Assembly (NCBI RefSeq): GCF_009914755.1
Contig: NC_060931.1
Source of the DNA: the human T2T-CHM13v2.0 reference genome, Homo sapiens
DNA length: 64,000 nt
Reading direction: 5' to 3' (one strand)
Part shown: positions 52,423 to 64,000 of the stretch, piece after piece
Position numbering within the stretch: the first letter of the stretch is position 1
Layout: every line of letters begins with the position of its first letter
The notes under the pieces: generated by a model
Told to the model about the DNA's origin: nothing
What the model saw: only the letters and a program-made list of their open reading frames with translations
The model's database searches: none
Position numbers and translations under genes: made by a program

Positions 52423-53191
52423 TAATTATATTATATGTCATATTAAGTATATATTAATTCTACTAGGTAGCAGCCACATTATATATTAATTATATTAAAT
52501 ATATATCATACAGATTTATTTTAAGGAATTGACTCATAATAGAAGAGGCTAGCAGGCTGGAGATTCAGGAAAGACTTGTAATTCAAGTCCAAAGGCAATC
52601 TGCCAGAGAATTCCCTCTTGCTTGGGGGAGGTCAGCTTTTTATTCTATTCAAATTTTTGATGAAAATAGAAAGCAAAGAGTATATTAACTATATTATACA
52701 AACTAAATGCTCCAATTAAAATACAAAAATTATAAAACCTAATAATAAAAAACCTAAATTATATAATGTTTAAAAGAGACATTTTTAAGCTTAAGGATAT
52801 AGAAAATTTGAAAATAAAAGAATAGAATAAAATAAGCCATTAAAATACTAGTGTAACACTGATGTGGAAATCTGACAAAGCACACAAAAAAGAAAATAAT
52901 TTTAACTGCAAAATTTTAAAATCCAAGCAAAGAGAAAGCAGCATATGTTATAATTATATCACAACATGATCAAGTAAGGCATACTTCAAAAATATAACAA
53001 AAAAAATTTAAACATGGCCCATTATTAGGAAACATACTAATAAAAATCCTCACGAAAAATAATTCAAAATCTAAAAAGCCATATGATAAGCCTGATGAAT
53101 ATTGGTTTACAGAACTGATTTTCTAGAAAACAGGTTTATAAAACTGGTTTTCTTTAAAAAGGCAATCTTGGGGAAATAACCCATTTACTCC

Positions 53192-59130
<5,939 letters not shown>

Positions 59131-59761
59131 GGAAATAAAGGAAGCAAGGAAGGGCTTCTCCTCCAAACACTACCACTTCATCTTGGGCAGTTACATGATT
59201 CCAGGAAACATGGAAAATCTACCTTGAGTACCTTTTTGGATGTATGCTAATGGGAAAACAAATCTCATTAATTAACTCATAGAACGGCTAAGAGGAAAGA
59301 ATCTTAGGGGATGTGTGGTTTCACTCCCTAATTTTAAACATGAGGAAATTGGGTACCAAAGAGATGAAGTAACTCAGCAGGTAGAGAGAGAAGAGCCTCT
59401 CTTACCACAAGGGGTCTCTCATTGGAAAATGGGCAAAACTTGTTCCCTGCCTGCATTCTCCAAGATCGTAGCCAACATAGAATAGAAGTGTCTCCACTTC
59501 AGAGGACAACTGGTTTGTCCTTTGCCTTTTACACCCCTTTCAGCAAGCAGTATTTCTCAGCTTTGTGTTTGTGCAAACTCTTGAGTAGCACAAACTCCTG
59601 AGCTAAGAGACACTCCACTCTGTTTGCAATTGAGGGCAAAGGCTGGGATGCTTGGGCACAGCTCCAGGCTCCTTTCCCAGAAGTCTGGGGTGGCAGAAAA
59701 AAAAAGAATGTATTTTTCACACACTGAGTAGAGATGTGGCTCATCACGTAGAGGTAAATTG

Positions 59762-60054
<293 letters not shown>

Positions 60055-60059
60055 TTAGA

Positions 60060-60393
60060 GTTGGTATTTTATAAAGAATAGAAGTTTACATAGCTCACAA
60101 TTTTAGATTATGGAAGTCCAAGAGCACGCCATTGACATCTGATGAGAATCAGATTTCCACATCACAAAATGGCCAAAGGCATGAGGATGACAGAAGGTGA
60201 ACATAAGAGAGCTTACTTTTATAATAGACCCAATTTCCTGCCAGCTAACCCACTCTGGAAACAATGACATTAATTCATTCATGAGAGTAGATTCCCTCAA
60301 AACCTGATATCTTCTTAAAGGTCCAATTTATAATTTTATAATGATGACAGTTAAATTTCAGCATGAATTTTGAAGGGGGCATTCAAACCATAG
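60060..60393. mobile_element. MST/MLT1A-type LTR fragment
   Basis: gctcacaattttag..ggaagtccaag...cattaattcattcatgag...cattcaaaccatagc. Confidence 0.7.
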
Positions 60394-60439
60394 CGATGCG
60401 TTTTTATTAGATAATTAAATTATTTGATATTTAAAAAAT

Positions 60440-60497
60440 TATTGATTTGCCATGACTTTTAATGGCAAAAACCGCAATTACTTTTGCACCAACAAAA
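60440..60497. mobile_element. MADE1 (mariner MITE) partial
   Basis: acttttaatggcaaaaaccgcaattacttttgcaccaac. Confidence 0.8.
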
Positions 60498-60599
60498 TAA
60501 TGTCTTTGGTTTTCTTTTCATGCTCTCTTTTCTTGTGTTTTCTAGTTTTTTTTTTTGCTTTTGTTATTATATGCTTTGATTCCCATTTCTTTTCTTTCT

Positions 60600-60902
60600 T
60601 TTGTTTTCTTTTTTTTTGTTTTTTTTTTTTGAGATAGAGTTTCACTCTCATTTTCCAGGCTAGAGTGCAATGGCACCAACTCAACCTCCATCTCCCAAGT
60701 TCAAGCAATTCTCCTTCCTCAGCCTCCCGAATAGCTGGGATTACAGGCACTTGCCACCACATCTGACTAATTTTGTATTTTAGTAGAGACGGATTTTCTC
60801 CATGTTGGTCAGGCTGGTCTCGAACTCCCGGCCTCAGGTGATCTGTCCATCTCCGCCTCCCAAAGTGCTGGGATTACAGGAATAAGCCACTGCGCCCGGC
60901 CG
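60600..60902 (-). mobile_element. AluS
   Basis: Antisense dimer. Confidence 0.9.
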
Positions 60903-61775
60903 CTTGATTCCTTTTTCTTTTGTGTGTATAGTACAAATTTTCATTTAGTTACCAAGAGATTTACATAACACATCTCATAGATATAACACTCTAGCTTACG
61001 ATAATAACAATTCTACTTCGATGCATAGAAAGACTCAACAGGTTTACTCTCTTCAATACACGATTTATATCGCACTTTACATTTTTTATATTGTGTATCT
61101 CATAATAAATTATTTAAGCTATATGTATTTTGGATACTTTTGTCTTGTAGCTTTTATCCCTAAGTTAAAAGTAATTCATGCACCACCATTACAGGTGTCA
61201 TTAGTATTTTATTCATTTTTCTCCACTTATACCTAAATAATGATATAATTTAATTCCAATATTTATTTTATATATAATCTCACAGTATTCTAAAAAATTA
61301 TATTGTTTTTGCTTTGGAATATTATTTTCTTGTGTTCATATGGTTGTATTGTAGATCTTATATTTTGTGTAATAGCAATAATATATTAATAACATAAATA
61401 ACTTTACCTAGTATCTTTTAAATACTTTAAAAGCTTCCATTTTCATTAGACTTTTACTAATTCTTCTAATGTATTTTTTTGTGGAAATTTACTACTATAC
61501 ATTGTATGCCAATAATTAAAAATGCCAGATTTTCGTAAGTTCATAGTCATATTTGAAAACTGTAGTTATTTAAAGAATTATTTTCTGATACATCTATGCT
61601 AATATTCCATATTTTATAGGTCAACATGTTTTATTTTTGTTTTTAAGTCCATTATACTGCATTTTTTTCGTACAGGTTTCTTTTGATGATTAAATTGTAT
61701 TTTTGTTTTTAACATTACATTTATGATGTGGAAGGTAATTTTCATTCGGTATTATTTATAAAAATGTGGTGTTTA

Positions 61776-62087
<312 letters not shown>

Positions 62088-62151
62088 TCAAATATAAATC
62101 CCTGGGTTTCACTTGGAGCAAATTTTAAAAAACAAGTATAAGTCAGATATT

Positions 62152-62455
62152 TCTTGTTTTTGTTTGTTTGTTTGGATACGGAGTCTCGCTCTGTCACCCA
62201 GGCTGGAGTGCAGTGGTAGGATCCAGGCTCACTGCCACCTCTGCCTCCAGGTTCAAGCAATTCTCATGCCTCAGCCTCCTGAGTAGCTGGGGCTACAGGT
62301 GCGCACCACCATGCCTGGCTAATTTTTTGTATTTTTAGTAGAGATGGCATTTCACCATGCTGGCCAGGCTGGTCTTGAACTCCTGACCTCATCATCCACC
62401 TGGCTCAATCTCCCAAAGTGCTGGGATTACAGGCGTGATCCACCACGCCCAGCCC
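62152..62455 (-). mobile_element. AluS
   Basis: TSD taagtcagatatttct/taagtcagacatttct. Confidence 0.93.
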
Positions 62456-64000
62456 CGTAAGTCAGACATTTCTATTGCCTATAAAAGTTACTTATGTGAT
62501 ATTTGCGTGTATAAATATTGATCCATTTTCTTTATTAGTTATCTTGTTTATTTTTTTTCTCAGGTGGTTGTCAGTGTTCTATTGTCTGGATGAGTAGTCA
62601 GAAAGGCAGTCTAAAATTACTGTCTATTTATTGTTTGAATCTATGTTATTGTGTGAGAAAAACACTTGATATTTGAAGTAATTTTTGAAAAATGCAACTA
62701 TTTTTTGAGAGTTGTAAATATTTGTGATTAAAAACATAAAATTACCATCTTAAACATTTTAAAGTTATATACTTAAGCTATATGTTTAGTACTTTTAAGT
62801 ATATTTACATTATATGAAACAGATCTCTAGATAATTTTATCTTTAAAAAGTACAATCTAATGTTCAATAAACTGTCTTCTCCTTCTCTCTTTTCCGCGTC
62901 TGAAGAACATCACTTTACTTTCTGTTTTGTCTGTCTCTTTTTGGCTATCTTATTTTAGTCAACATATTTTTTCCTGCGTCTTTAATTTTAACAAATAAGT
63001 TATTCTCCTCTCAGTTCAGATTCATCAGGAAATTGAATCATATCCAGAAGAATTAAAACTAAGAGACTAATATGTTTGTTAAAGCAATGCAGGTTGTCAT
63101 ACTAATAAACCCTACAATTTCAAAGGCTTAGCAAAATAATACATTTTATGCACACACCACCTTCCCCTTTGGTTTACTTCTGGTTAAAAAAACTTCTTCA
63201 TGATTATTTGGAGATTAGATTTTTTTCTAAATTTTCTATCCACATTCTCCTGTTTCTAAAGCCAATAGATCAAAAAAAGATGCAAAGAAGACACATTTGC
63301 TTTTTATCCACACATCACTTCCAGTCACTATGCTGAGCAGAGTCAAAGTGAGCAGAGCTCAGAATAGCAGTTTTCTGGCAGGACAGCCACTTCTTGGCAA
63401 AAAATGACACAATAAAAGCATAAATCTTTCATGGAAAGCTAACATGTTTTCAGCAAATTAAGCATATGCACGAATAAAATTCTTGTGGTAAAATAAAGAT
63501 TCATTTTGTTGATTCTTAGTAAGCTCAGGTAATAGCAAATAAAAAGGCAGCAAATATAGAGCAAAAAAAATTATTTGAAATAGAAATAATGTGGATTAAG
63601 ATATTCTGTCAATTAAAGTAAAAATATTTTTATCTCATACTAATCATCTTACCTATAGTCGTATAATATCAAATGCTACCTTTTATTAACAATTGTACTT
63701 CATATAAGTATTCCATTTATATCACCCTTCTTCACTGTTTCAATGCCTTCTGCACTTCATATCAGTGAAAAACAGGCTGGCTGGTACCAGGAAATGGATG
63801 TGGTGCTATTGCTACTTTAAGAGTAATGATGAAGAGCACTTGTCTGAATTGGTCCCATGTGGCAAACACTGTTATATGGTCTAAAGTAAACACATTTATT
63901 ATTTTCTTCTAAATTTACTGATGAAATACAATTCTCAGCTAAGGAAGACTTGATCTCATTCAAATACATTTTGTGAAATTTGGTTGACATTTCAGTGTTT

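Overview
Primate, most likely human, genomic DNA with no intact protein-coding gene. The window reads as a segmental-duplication mosaic, probably from pericentromeric chromosome 7 (inferred from the PHKG1/SUMF2/SEPTIN7 content). Order of blocks: (i) 1-12.7 kb of repeat-rich DNA ending in a cluster of broken Alus; (ii) 12.7-15.0 kb, a GC-rich copy of the last four PHKG1 exons with introns (minus strand, disabled) plus a probable SUMF2 3'UTR piece; (iii) ~15.3-50.8 kb, AT-rich SEPTIN7-derived DNA (minus strand) retaining only two exons, with the exons between them replaced by an L1, a GC-rich unique block and Alus, and carrying a TSD-flanked GEMIN7 processed pseudogene; (iv) 50.8-64 kb of Alu-dense DNA. 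Nearly all supplied ORFs are Alu, L1 or microsatellite artefacts. I cannot support a new biological system. The best leads are a potential SEPTIN7-PHKG1 chimeric splice unit with intact splice sites, several local templated insertions with junctional microhomology, and a 34-bp hairpin whose four mismatches all become G-U pairs on the SEPTIN7-sense strand.
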